Shown in pieces: positions 10,395 to 19,063 of a stretch of 32,564 nt of DNA (position 1 is its first letter; each line of letters opens with the position of its first letter). This DNA comes from an uncultured Pseudomonadales bacterium (GTDB lineage: Bacteria > Pseudomonadota > Gammaproteobacteria > Pseudomonadales > CAYWUD01). The notes under the pieces are model-generated. The model was given only the letters and a program-made list of their open reading frames with translations, was not told where the DNA came from and ran no database searches. The position numbers and the translations under genes were made by a program. The DNA lies in NCBI GenBank assembly GCA_964461355.1, contig CAYWUD010000001.1, positions 1 through 32,564 of the forward strand. Reading direction: 5' to 3'.

Positions 10395-11675
10395 ATGCAG
10401 CTGTTGCTGATCGGTAGCGGTGGGCGCGAACACGCGCTGGCCTGGAAGCTGGCCGAAGATCCGCGGGTGACGCGGATCTTTGTCGCCCCCGGCAATGCGG
10501 GGACGGCCCGCGAAGCCAAGTGCGAAAACCTGCCGATCGACGCCGAAGATCAGGAGGCACTGCTGGCCTTTGCCAAAGCGCAGGCGATTACCCTGACCGT
10601 GGTTGGCCCGGAAGCACCGCTGGTGGCCGGGATTGTCGATCGTTTCGAGGCCGCCGGGCTGAAGATTCTCGGCCCCTGCGCCGCGGCGGCGCGGCTTGAA
10701 GGCTCAAAATGCTTCAGCAAGGCGTTTATGCAGGCCGCCGCAATTCCGACCGCCGCGGCCGCTTCCTTTACCGAGCTCGAACCGGCTCTGGACTATCTGG
10801 CCGCACGGCCGTTTCCCCAGGTCATCAAGGCCGACGGGCTGGCCGCCGGCAAGGGCGTCAGCGTGGTGCATAGCCTCGCCGAAGGCGAGGCTATGCTGCG
10901 TGCACTGCTGGTCGACCGACAGTTCGGCACAGCAGGGCAGCAGCTGCTGATCGAGGCGTTCCTGCCCGGCAGCGAGCTCTCCTATATCGTACTGGCCGAC
11001 GGCGAGCAGTTTGTGCCGCTGGCCAGCAGCCAGGACCACAAGCCGGTCGGCGAGGGGGATACCGGACCCAATACCGGAGGGATGGGCGCCTATTCCCCGG
11101 CGCCGATCTGCACCCCGGACGTCGAGCAGCGTATTGTCGAACGCATTCTGCAGCCGACCCTGGCCGGACTGAAGCGCGCCGGTTACGCCTACCGCGGCTT
11201 TCTCTATCTCGGCCTGATGATCGATGACGACGGCAACCCCCATGTGGTCGAATACAACTGCCGCCTCGGCGATCCGGAAACACAACCGATCCTGATGCGG
11301 CTCGATTCAAGCCTGCTGGACCTCTGCCTGGCCGCGCTCGACGGCACGCTGGCCGAGCAGAGCCCCGTCTGGCACGCAGCCTCCGCACTGGGGGTGGTGC
11401 TGGCCAGTGCCGGCTACCCGGCTTCCTGCCAGAAGGGGCTACCGATCGCCCCGTTACCGCCTATCGACCACGGCGAGAAGCTCTTTTTTGCCGGCGTTAC
11501 CGAGCGCGAACAGTGCCTGCTGACCGCCGGTGGCCGGGTATTCTGCGCCACGGCGCGAGGCCAGACGCTCCGTGAAGCACGCCAGAACGCCTATCGGCTG
11601 GCCGATCAGGTCCGCTTTGCCGGCGCATTCTGCCGCCGCGATATCGGCACCCGTCCCTCGAGGGATGTACACTGA
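10395..11675 (+). CDS. purD: Phosphoribosylamine-glycine ligase
   Basis: [19 protein letters not shown] from ATG 10395 (AGGAA 6 nt upstream). ATP-grasp motifs [13 protein letters not shown] and [12 protein letters not shown]. Confidence 0.95.
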   Translation: MQLLLIGSGGREHALAWKLAEDPRVTRIFVAPGNAGTAREAKCENLPIDAEDQEALLAFAKAQAITLTVVGPEAPLVAGIVDRFEAAGLKILGPCAAAARLEGSKCFSKAFMQAAAIPTAAAASFTELEPALDYLAARPFPQVIKADGLAAGKGVSVVHSLAEGEAMLRALLVDRQFGTAGQQLLIEAFLPGSELSYIVLADGEQFVPLASSQDHKPVGEGDTGPNTGGMGAYSPAPICTPDVEQRIVERILQPTLAGLKRAGYAYRGFLYLGLMIDDDGNPHVVEYNCRLGDPETQPILMRLDSSLLDLCLAALDGTLAEQSPVWHAASALGVVLASAGYPASCQKGLPIAPLPPIDHGEKLFFAGVTEREQCLLTAGGRVFCATARGQTLREARQNAYRLADQVRFAGAFCRRDIGTRPSRDVH

Positions 11676-11702
11676 TTGGTCGGTACCTGCCGATTGACTA
11701 CA

Positions 11703-14579
11703 ATGGCAGGACTTAGAAAGGGATTCCTAGTGCTGACTCGTTCCATCCGTCGACTTCTGTTGCCTGGCCTGCTCCCGCTGCTGCTGTTCTGTGCACCGCA
11801 GCTGCAGGCTTTTGTGGCCATCGACAGCGGCTATCAGGATCGCATCCTGAACCAGGAACTGAGCGTACTGCCCGACCCCGGCCAGGAATACCGCGTCGAA
11901 CAGCTGATCCAGCCGGACACCGCCAAGTTCTTTTCGCCCTGGCATCGCCCCTTTCTCTCGTTTCCGGCCGCCAGTGGCCCGGTCTGGCTGCGGATCCAGC
12001 TGCTCAACCGGACTGCAGAACACCAGAGTCTGCTGCTGCTGGCCCAAAGCAGTGACCTCAAGGAATATCAGATCTGGGCCTATCAGGAACTCAGCGGCCT
12101 GACCCTGCTCAAACGCGAACGCCCGAACTTCAACGGTATTCCCCTGCTGGGGCAGAGCAGCTACCTCAGCGCGGTCGAGCTGCCGCCTTACAGCGCCGGT
12201 ATCTACTATGTGCGCCTCGAGCCGATGCACTACACCGCGCTCAATCTGCGCCTGCTCTCGGCCGAGGTGGCGATCCCCATCCTCAGCACCCAGCTCTGGC
12301 TCAGCGGCCTCCTGACCGGGGTACTCGGGCTTCTGATCGCAGGCAACCTGATCGCCTGGCGCCGCCGCCAGCAGCCCCTGTTTGCCGTGCTCGGGCTGGT
12401 GATTGCTCTCGATCTGGCAACCAAGATCAGCTGGCCGAATCTGATGGAAGCCTTTTCACCGGTGGCACAGGTATTCGGCGGCCGTCTGAATCAGACCCTC
12501 CTGATCGCTACGCTGGCAGCCGGCATCTGGTTCCTGCGCATCTATTTCCATCTGCCCCGTACCCTGCCACGGCTGAATCAATGGCTGATGCTGGCCAGCT
12601 GGACCTTGATTACCACTGCCGGGATCGGCCTGCTGGCGCCGGTCGGCCTCTCTTCGCTGCTGCTGATGACCGCCATTCTGCTGGTCTTCCTGCTCGCCTT
12701 CAGCCTCGCCGTCTGGGCACTGCCACACCAGACCGTTCGCGCCAAGCAGCTGCTCTGGAGCCTGCTGCCGATCGCCCTGATGCTGCTGCTGGCCGCTCTG
12801 AACCTGCTCGATCTAGTCGCTCTCGACCCCTACAGCTCCGGCTGGCTGGTACAGTATCTTTCGGCCCTGCCCTGGCTGATTCTGACCTCGGCACTGGCCA
12901 GACTATCGCTGCCGATCCCGCAGGTTCAGCACCTGCCCGGGCCCTCCACCCCGCAGGCCGACACCCTGATGGCCGAACTGATTGCGCGGCTGGCACACGA
13001 TCTGAAAAGCCCGCTCAGCGGTGTACTGGGGATCGCCAGCCTGCTGCAGAACTCGCCCCTCTCGCCCAAACAGCAGGATCTGGTGCGCACGCTCGGCACC
13101 TCCGGTCAGGATGTGCTGCATCAGATCAATCAGCTGGTCGACCTCAGCCGCCTGGAATCCGGTCAGTTCCGCCTGGAATCGAACCGCTTTGAGCTTGAAC
13201 CGCTGCTCAACGATTGCCTGGAGCTCTTTGCCCGGCGCGCCGAACAGCAGCGTACCGAGCTGGCCCCGTTGCTCGCGCCCGATCTGCCGCCGATGATCGG
13301 CGGCGACCCGAAACGGATCCTGCAGATACTGACCAGCCTGCTGCAGCAGGCCTTTGCCAAGACGCACAAGGGCGTGGTGCTGTTCAATGTCAGCCTCGAC
13401 CAGAGCCATCAGCAGCCGACGCTGCGCTTTACCGTCCAGGATTCGGGGCCCAGTCTTGGCAGCGAGGCGGCACACCGGCAGCTCGAATGTCCGCTGCGTG
13501 AGCTGATGCAGACCGACGGTATCGGCCTGCGCCTGGGACTGAGCCTCAGCTATCGACTGGCCGAAGCGATGGGCGGCACCCTCAGCTACCTGCCCTCGGG
13601 TCCGTCCGCCGATCCGAGTCAGCCGCGCGGCAACAGTTTTGTCTTCAGCCTGCCGCTCGATCCGGCCTGGCTCAACCATCAACCGGCCAGCTGCCGTGAC
13701 TTTTCCCACCTGCGCACCTTGGTGGTGGACGACAACCCCACCTGCTGCAAGGTACTGGCCCAGCAGTGTCGCAGCCTCGGCATGGACGTGCAGGAAGCCG
13801 GCGACGGTGTGCAGGCGCTGGCACTGCTGCGCACCCACGCCCATCTGGAAGAGCCGATCGATCTGATCCTGCTCGACTACTCGATGCCGAACATGGACGG
13901 CCTGCAGCTGGCCACCCGTATCCATCAGGATCCGCTGCTGAGCGATCACCTGGTACTGGTGATGCTGACCGGTTACTCCCAGACTCCGAGCCCCGAGCAG
14001 ATTGCCCAAGCCCGAATCAGCCGGGTGCTGACCAAGCCGCTACCGCTGCATCAGCTGCGCAACAGCCTCAACGAACTCTTTGCCGAGCGCCTGCCCGAGC
14101 AGTCGCTGCCTCCGCAGCCTCGGCGCCTGCCCCGAGCGGCGCCCAGAATCACGGCAGTCCCGCAGCCCAGACGCAGCCACGAAGTGCTGGTGGTCGACGA
14201 CAATCCGCGCAACATCGATCTGCTGATTCCGCTGCTGCAGCGCCAGGGCATCGAGCCCGACCGCGCCAGCAATGGCCAGAGCGCCACCGAACAGGCCAGC
14301 CGCCACGCTTACAAACTGGTGCTGATGGACTGCGAAATGCCGATCATGGACGGTTTCGACGCCACGCGGCGTATTCGTCAGATCGAGGAGCAGGAAGAGC
14401 GCGAGCCCGCCTGCATCATCGCCCTCGGCGCCCATATGCTCGAGGAGCATCATCTGCGGGCGCAGGAAGCGGGTATGAACGGCGAGCTGGAAAAGCCGGT
14501 GGAAGAGGAAATTCTCGAGCGCCTGCTGCAGGAACTGGATCTGCTGTCCGCACCACAGCGCCAGGCGCAGCCCATCTGA
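11703..14579 (+). CDS. retS: RetS-like hybrid sensor histidine kinase (7TMR-DISMED2 periplasmic domain, 7TM, HisKA/HATPase, two receiver domains)
   Basis: Signal peptide, then about 150 aa periplasmic domain and a block of about 7 TM helices. H-box ELIARLAHDLKSPLSGVLG. Two C-terminal REC domains (VVDDNP...LLDYSMPNMDG...TKP and VVDDNP...LMDCEMPIMDG...EKP). The architecture and position directly downstream of purD match PA4856 retS (recollection). The start is uncertain: ATG 11703, or GTG 11730 preceded by AAAGGGA. Confidence 0.8.
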   Translation: MAGLRKGFLVLTRSIRRLLLPGLLPLLLFCAPQLQAFVAIDSGYQDRILNQELSVLPDPGQEYRVEQLIQPDTAKFFSPWHRPFLSFPAASGPVWLRIQLLNRTAEHQSLLLLAQSSDLKEYQIWAYQELSGLTLLKRERPNFNGIPLLGQSSYLSAVELPPYSAGIYYVRLEPMHYTALNLRLLSAEVAIPILSTQLWLSGLLTGVLGLLIAGNLIAWRRRQQPLFAVLGLVIALDLATKISWPNLMEAFSPVAQVFGGRLNQTLLIATLAAGIWFLRIYFHLPRTLPRLNQWLMLASWTLITTAGIGLLAPVGLSSLLLMTAILLVFLLAFSLAVWALPHQTVRAKQLLWSLLPIALMLLLAALNLLDLVALDPYSSGWLVQYLSALPWLILTSALARLSLPIPQVQHLPGPSTPQADTLMAELIARLAHDLKSPLSGVLGIASLLQNSPLSPKQQDLVRTLGTSGQDVLHQINQLVDLSRLESGQFRLESNRFELEPLLNDCLELFARRAEQQRTELAPLLAPDLPPMIGGDPKRILQILTSLLQQAFAKTHKGVVLFNVSLDQSHQQPTLRFTVQDSGPSLGSEAAHRQLECPLRELMQTDGIGLRLGLSLSYRLAEAMGGTLSYLPSGPSADPSQPRGNSFVFSLPLDPAWLNHQPASCRDFSHLRTLVVDDNPTCCKVLAQQCRSLGMDVQEAGDGVQALALLRTHAHLEEPIDLILLDYSMPNMDGLQLATRIHQDPLLSDHLVLVMLTGYSQTPSPEQIAQARISRVLTKPLPLHQLRNSLNELFAERLPEQSLPPQPRRLPRAAPRITAVPQPRRSHEVLVVDDNPRNIDLLIPLLQRQGIEPDRASNGQSATEQASRHAYKLVLMDCEMPIMDGFDATRRIRQIEEQEEREPACIIALGAHMLEEHHLRAQEAGMNGELEKPVEEEILERLLQELDLLSAPQRQAQPI

Positions 14580-14596
14580 GCGCCACCTGGCGCGGC

Positions 14597-16006
14597 TTAA
14601 TCCTCGTTGCTGAAGTGCGCGTAGGCATCCGGTGCGAGATTCTCGAAGCGGCAGAACTTGCCCAGAAAGGCGACCCGGGCGGTACCGATGGGGCCGTTAC
14701 GCTGCTTGCCGATAATGATTTCGCCCACCCCCTTGTACTCGGTATCCGGGTTGTAGACCTCATCGCGGTACACGAACATGATCACGTCGGCATCCTGCTC
14801 GATCGCACCCGATTCACGCAGGTCCGAGTTGACCGGACGCTTGTTCGGACGCTGTTCCAGAGAACGGTTGAGCTGTGACAGCGCCACTACCGGGCAGTTG
14901 AACTCCTTGGCGATCGCCTTCAGCGAGCGTGAAATCTCGGAGATCTCGTTGGTCCGCCCTTCGGAGAAACCAGGAATCTGCATCAGCTGCAGGTAGTCGA
15001 TCATGATAATGCTGAGTTCACCCTGCTCACGCACCACCCGCCGGGCCCGGGCGCGCATTTCCGCCGGACTGATACCGGCGGTATCGTCGATATAGAGCTT
15101 GCGCTCCTGGATCATCTTCACCGCCGTGGTCAGCTTCGGCCAGTCCTCGTCGGTCAGCTTGCCGGTCCGGATACGCGTCTGATCGATGCGCCCCAGCGAG
15201 GCCAGCATACGCATCATCAGCTGCTCACAGGGCATTTCCAGACTGAATACCAGCGCAGTCTTGTCCGAACGCAGCATCGCGCTCTCGACGAGATTCATCG
15301 CCAGCGTGGTCTTGCCCATCGCCGGACGCCCGGCAACGATGACGAGATCGGTCCTCTGCAGACCGGAGGTCATTTCGTCAAGGTCATCAAAACCCGACGG
15401 CAACCCGGTAATGGTGTCCCCGGCATTGAACAGCTGGTCGATACGATCGATGGTCTGGTTCAGCACCTCGCGCACACTGACCGGACCACCGGCCTTGGGC
15501 CGCGCTTCGGCGATATTGAACACCTCGCGCTCGGCCTGCTCGAGCACCTCGGCGCTGTCGCGCCCCTCGGGGTTGTAGGCCGAATCGGCGATCTTGTTGG
15601 CGGCATGAATCAGCTGCCGCATCACCGCGCGCTCGAACACGATCTCGGCATAGGCGCGGATATTGGACACGCTGGGGGTGTTCTGCGACAGCTCCACCAG
15701 ATAGGCCAGCCCCCCGACGCGATCGAGCTCACCGCTGTTATCGAGCGCCTCGGCCAGCGTCAGGTGATCCAGCGGCTTGCCCTCGTTGGCCAGACGGGCG
15801 ATCTGGGCAAAGATCAGCCGGTGCGCAGGATTGTAGAAATCCCGCTCGCCGATACGCTCCACCACCGCATCCCAGGACTGGGCATCGAGCATCAGCCCGC
15901 CCAGCACCGACTGCTCCGCTTCGATCGAATGCGGTGCCACCCGCACCTTGGCGGTGGCGGCATCGAAACCGGGGAGTTCGGGTTGAGCGTAGGATTCATG
16001 CTGCAT
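14597..16006 (-). CDS. dnaB: Replicative DNA helicase DnaB
   Basis: 469 aa with PHSIEAEQSVLGGLML, Walker A GRPAMGKTT, and IMIDYLQLM. No intein-sized insertion. Confidence 0.97.
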   Translation of the reverse strand: MQHESYAQPELPGFDAATAKVRVAPHSIEAEQSVLGGLMLDAQSWDAVVERIGERDFYNPAHRLIFAQIARLANEGKPLDHLTLAEALDNSGELDRVGGLAYLVELSQNTPSVSNIRAYAEIVFERAVMRQLIHAANKIADSAYNPEGRDSAEVLEQAEREVFNIAEARPKAGGPVSVREVLNQTIDRIDQLFNAGDTITGLPSGFDDLDEMTSGLQRTDLVIVAGRPAMGKTTLAMNLVESAMLRSDKTALVFSLEMPCEQLMMRMLASLGRIDQTRIRTGKLTDEDWPKLTTAVKMIQERKLYIDDTAGISPAEMRARARRVVREQGELSIIMIDYLQLMQIPGFSEGRTNEISEISRSLKAIAKEFNCPVVALSQLNRSLEQRPNKRPVNSDLRESGAIEQDADVIMFVYRDEVYNPDTEYKGVGEIIIGKQRNGPIGTARVAFLGKFCRFENLAPDAYAHFSNED

Positions 16007-16088
16007 CGCGGAGTGATCCTTGAGGTATTAACGGCGCAGAAAAGAGCTGCATAGAGTAGCAGAAGCGTTCGGCCGGCAAAATCCGGAT

Positions 16089-16119
16089 AAAAAAACACCC
16101 GGCCGAAGCCGGGTGTTTT
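16089..16119 (-). terminator. Rho-independent terminator downstream of rplI (bidirectional shape)
   Basis: On the minus strand: ACACCCGGC-TTCG-GCCGGGTGT followed by 7 U (complement of A run 16089-16095). It lies about 30 nt after the rplI stop and upstream of dnaB. Confidence 0.8.
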
Positions 16120-16147
16120 CGGTGCGGGCCAGGCCCGGCGTCAAGGC

Positions 16148-16597
16148 TTATTCAGCTTCAACGACTACACGTACAGTAGCGGATACTTCGCTGTGCAGCT
16201 GCACGGCGATTTCGAATTCGCCAGTAGTACGGATAACACCGTTCGGCAGACGCACTTCGCTCTTGGCTACTTCAACTTCGGTAGCAGAAGAGATCAGGTC
16301 GGCCAGATCACGGGTACCGATAGAACCGAACAGTTTGCCTTCGTCGCCAGCGTTGGCGGTGATGGTCAGTTCGATATCGTTCAGTGCTTCAGCACGCTGT
16401 TGAGCAGTAGCCAGCTTCTCGGCTGCCTGCTTTTCCAGCTCGGCGCGACGCGCTTCGAATTCAGCGATGTTCGCAGCGTTTGCCGGAACAGCCTTGCTGA
16501 ACGGGATCAGGTAGTTACGACCGTAACCAGCCTTGACATTCACTTTGTCGCCCAGGGTACCCAGGTTGGCGACTTTCTCGAGCAGAATAACTTCCAT
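16148..16597 (-). CDS. rplI: 50S ribosomal protein L9
   Basis: 149 aa: [32 protein letters not shown]... Confidence 0.97.
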   Translation of the reverse strand: MEVILLEKVANLGTLGDKVNVKAGYGRNYLIPFSKAVPANAANIAEFEARRAELEKQAAEKLATAQQRAEALNDIELTITANAGDEGKLFGSIGTRDLADLISSATEVEVAKSEVRLPNGVIRTTGEFEIAVQLHSEVSATVRVVVEAE

Positions 16598-16630
16598 CTC
16601 GCTATACCTCGAATTCTGTAGACGCTTGGA

Positions 16631-17452
16631 TCAAAGACCACCAGCGCCGTTCTGTAGTTTGCTGCGCAGGTCAGTCAGACTGTCCACGCAAGCCAACGTG
16701 ATCATCAGAGGAGTCATGATCGGGGGCAGCAGCATCAGCAGCAGGTAAAAACCCACCAGCCAGCCGCCGCTCAGGTTGCGCTGCTTCACCAGCCAATGCA
16801 CCAGACAGGCCGCCGCCATGATCAGCGGCATGCTGACCAGAGCAATAAAGGCCGGCGCCTGAGCACTGCAGCCCAGCAACAGCAGAACCAGCAGCACCAT
16901 GATCGGCTTGGGCAACCGCAACTGATGCAGTTCCTGCTGCAAACCACCGGGGTTATACAGCTGAGCCTGCCACCAGCGGCTGAGCAACAGCACCAGAATC
17001 TGCTGCAGCATCAGTGCACCCGCCATCAAGGCCACAACTTCCCAATCGGCCAGCGGAGTCTGTGCCATCTGGTTAATGGCATCCTGCAACTCCTGCCGCT
17101 GCGGCAAGGATTGCAAGTACACCCAACCGGACACCACGCTCAGGGGCAATGCCGCCATCAGCGCAGCAATCCAGCTATGACTGCGGCCCAGCAGCTCCGC
17201 CAGAATCAGCGTTACCACCAATACCGCCAACGGCATCAGATTACCCGCAAGGCCCCAGCCCACGGCCGGAACCAGGGCCGCCAGCACGACAATCGCCGCA
17301 CCGTTAAGCCCTCTGCGCAGCACCACCAGGCCGACCACTGCACTACCCAGCCAGAACAGCATCGGAAACAGCTGCAAGAGTGCGGCTGTCAGTACTGCCT
17401 GCTTGGGCCCGCGCATGACAAATTCGGCCAGACTGCGCATATAACTCCTCAA
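16631..17452 (-). CDS. Polytopic inner-membrane protein of unknown function, embedded in the rpsF-rpsR-rplI operon
   Basis: 273 aa with about 7-8 hydrophobic helices. GAGGAG SD lies 5 nt upstream of ATG 17452. It starts 22 nt after the rpsR stop and ends 33 nt before the rplI start. Same position as PA4933 in P. aeruginosa (recollection). I recognise no functional motif. Confidence 0.75.
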   Translation of the reverse strand: MRSYMRSLAEFVMRGPKQAVLTAALLQLFPMLFWLGSAVVGLVVLRRGLNGAAIVVLAALVPAVGWGLAGNLMPLAVLVVTLILAELLGRSHSWIAALMAALPLSVVSGWVYLQSLPQRQELQDAINQMAQTPLADWEVVALMAGALMLQQILVLLLSRWWQAQLYNPGGLQQELHQLRLPKPIMVLLVLLLLGCSAQAPAFIALVSMPLIMAAACLVHWLVKQRNLSGGWLVGFYLLLMLLPPIMTPLMITLACVDSLTDLRSKLQNGAGGL

Positions 17453-17474
17453 AGAACCTGAATCAGATCAGATC

Positions 17475-17699
17475 TTAGTGACGATCGGTGTACGGCAGCA
17501 GGGCCAGGTAACGAGCGCGCTTGATAGCGGTCGCCAGCTGACGCTGGTAACGAGCCTTGGTACCGGTGATACGGCTCGGTACGATCTTGCCAGACTCGGA
17601 GATGTAGGACTTCAGGGTGTTGATGTCCTTGTAATCGATCTCTTGAACGCCTTCAGCGGTAAAGCGGCAGAACTTTCTGCGACGGAAAAAACGTGCCAT
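17475..17699 (-). CDS. rpsR: 30S ribosomal protein S18
   Basis: 74 aa: [25 protein letters not shown]...ARYLALLPY. Confidence 0.97.
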   Translation of the reverse strand: MARFFRRRKFCRFTAEGVQEIDYKDINTLKSYISESGKIVPSRITGTKARYQRQLATAIKRARYLALLPYTDRH

Positions 17700-17741
17700 T
17701 GCAACGTCTCCTTAGGTTAAGCGGTTAGGGAATCCGAAAGC

Positions 17742-18119
17742 TTATTCAGCGGCAAAAGCCGGAGCTTCTTTCTTAGCCTGACGGTCACGGCGGTCTTCAG
17801 CCTGCTGCAGCATCACGGATTGCTCGGTGATCGCTTCGTTGCGGCGGATAACCATGTGACGGATGACGGCATCGTTAAAACGGAAACCGTTAACCAGCTC
17901 TTCCATGGTGGCGTTGCCAGCTTCGATGTTCATCAGCACGTAGTGAGCTTTGTGGATCTTGTTGATCGGGTAAGCCAGTTGACGGCGACCCCAGTCTTCC
18001 AGACGGTGAATCTGGCCTTGACCTTCTTCAACGATCAGCTTGGTGTATTTTTCCACCATCGCGGGCACTTGCTCGCTCTGGTCCGGATGAACCAGAAATA
18101 CAACTTCGTAATGACGCAT
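17742..18119 (-). CDS. rpsF: 30S ribosomal protein S6
   Basis: 125 aa: [25 protein letters not shown]...[10 protein letters not shown]. Confidence 0.97.
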   Translation of the reverse strand: MRHYEVVFLVHPDQSEQVPAMVEKYTKLIVEEGQGQIHRLEDWGRRQLAYPINKIHKAHYVLMNIEAGNATMEELVNGFRFNDAVIRHMVIRRNEAITEQSVMLQQAEDRRDRQAKKEAPAFAAE

Positions 18120-18209
18120 AAATGCTCCTTACGGGTTAACAGCCTCCCCAGAGAACCATTCACTGGGTAAGGCAAGGAGATAAGGTTCTTTTATACAAAA
18201 GAACGCGAA

Positions 18210-18238
18210 ATTCTAGAGTGCGGGAAAAGCGCTTGCAA
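18210..18238 (-). promoter_or_regulatory. Candidate sigma70 promoter of the rpsF operon
   Basis: On the minus strand: TTGCAA (18238-18233), exact 17-nt spacer, TAGAAT (18215-18210). This predicts a 5' UTR of about 85 nt before the rpsF ATG at 18119. Confidence 0.55.
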
Positions 18239-18293
18239 GCCGTACGCCTGGGTAATTACCCCTATCGGCCCCGGCCTGCACAGGGTCTGCATC

Positions 18294-19040
18294 CTAGCAG
18301 CTGCGCTGACGGACCGCCTCGAACAGGCAGATGCCGGTGGCAACCGACACGTTCAGACTCGACACCGACCCAGCCATCGGCAGAAATACCAGGCCATCGC
18401 AGTGCTCACGGGTCAGACGGCGCATCCCCTTGCCCTCGGCACCCATCACCAGGGCCAGCGGACCCTTGAGGTTACTGGTATAGATGTTCTCACTCGATTC
18501 GCCCGCGGTACCGATCATCCAAATACCGCGTGCCTTGAGCTCTTCCATGGTGCGGGCAAGATTGGTGACCTGCACGTAGGGCACAGTCTCGGCAGCGCCA
18601 CAGGCAACCTTGCGGGCCACGCCGTTCAGTCCGGCCGCCTTGTCTCGCGGGGCAATCACCGCCTGTACGCCGGCCGCATCGGCCGAGCGCAGGCAGGCTC
18701 CGAGGTTATGCGGATCGGTCACCCCGTCAAGAATCAGCAGAAAGGGCACCTGCCCCTGCTGATCGAGCTGATCGAGCAGCACGCCCAGATCATCCTCACG
18801 GTACACGCGCGCCGCGCTCAAGCGTGCCAGAACACCCTGATGCACCCCTTCGCTCTTTTCGTCGAGCTTGCTGCGCTCGACAAACTTCAGCGGGATATGC
18901 AGTTCACGCGCCCGCTCGACAACCTGTTCGATACGCCCGCCCTTGCGCCCCTTCTGGACCCAGAGTTCACGGATACGATCGGGGTGTTCAAGCAAAAGGG
19001 CCTGCACCGCGTGCAGGCCAAAACTGAAATCATCGTTCAT
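18294..19040 (-). CDS. rlmB: 23S rRNA (guanosine-2'-O-)-methyltransferase RlmB (SpoU/TrmH family)
   Basis: 248 aa with SpoU motifs LDGVTDPHNLGACLRSA, LVMGAEGKGMRRL and SLNVSVATGICLFE. It lies immediately downstream of rnr as in E. coli and Pseudomonas. Confidence 0.9.
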   Translation of the reverse strand: MNDDFSFGLHAVQALLLEHPDRIRELWVQKGRKGGRIEQVVERARELHIPLKFVERSKLDEKSEGVHQGVLARLSAARVYREDDLGVLLDQLDQQGQVPFLLILDGVTDPHNLGACLRSADAAGVQAVIAPRDKAAGLNGVARKVACGAAETVPYVQVTNLARTMEELKARGIWMIGTAGESSENIYTSNLKGPLALVMGAEGKGMRRLTREHCDGLVFLPMAGSVSSLNVSVATGICLFEAVRQRSC

Positions 19041-19063
19041 ACAACTGTGTTTCTCTGAAGAAA

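Noticed and set aside
8956-10560. 534-aa minus-strand ORF
   Set aside because: It is antisense to purH and purD. The same GC-driven artefact applies.
12903-14878. 368-aa (minus) and 370-aa (plus, out-of-frame) ORFs inside and beyond the retS-like gene
   Set aside because: Both lie within or overlap a gene with coherent HisKA/REC domain logic. Their translations are low-complexity Arg/Ala/Gly/Pro. The plus-strand one also runs antisense into dnaB.
16124-16137. Second GC palindrome (CGGGCC-A-GGCCCG) right after the rplI stop
   Set aside because: A 1-nt loop makes a stable hairpin unlikely, and the adjacent 9-bp-stem terminator explains termination.
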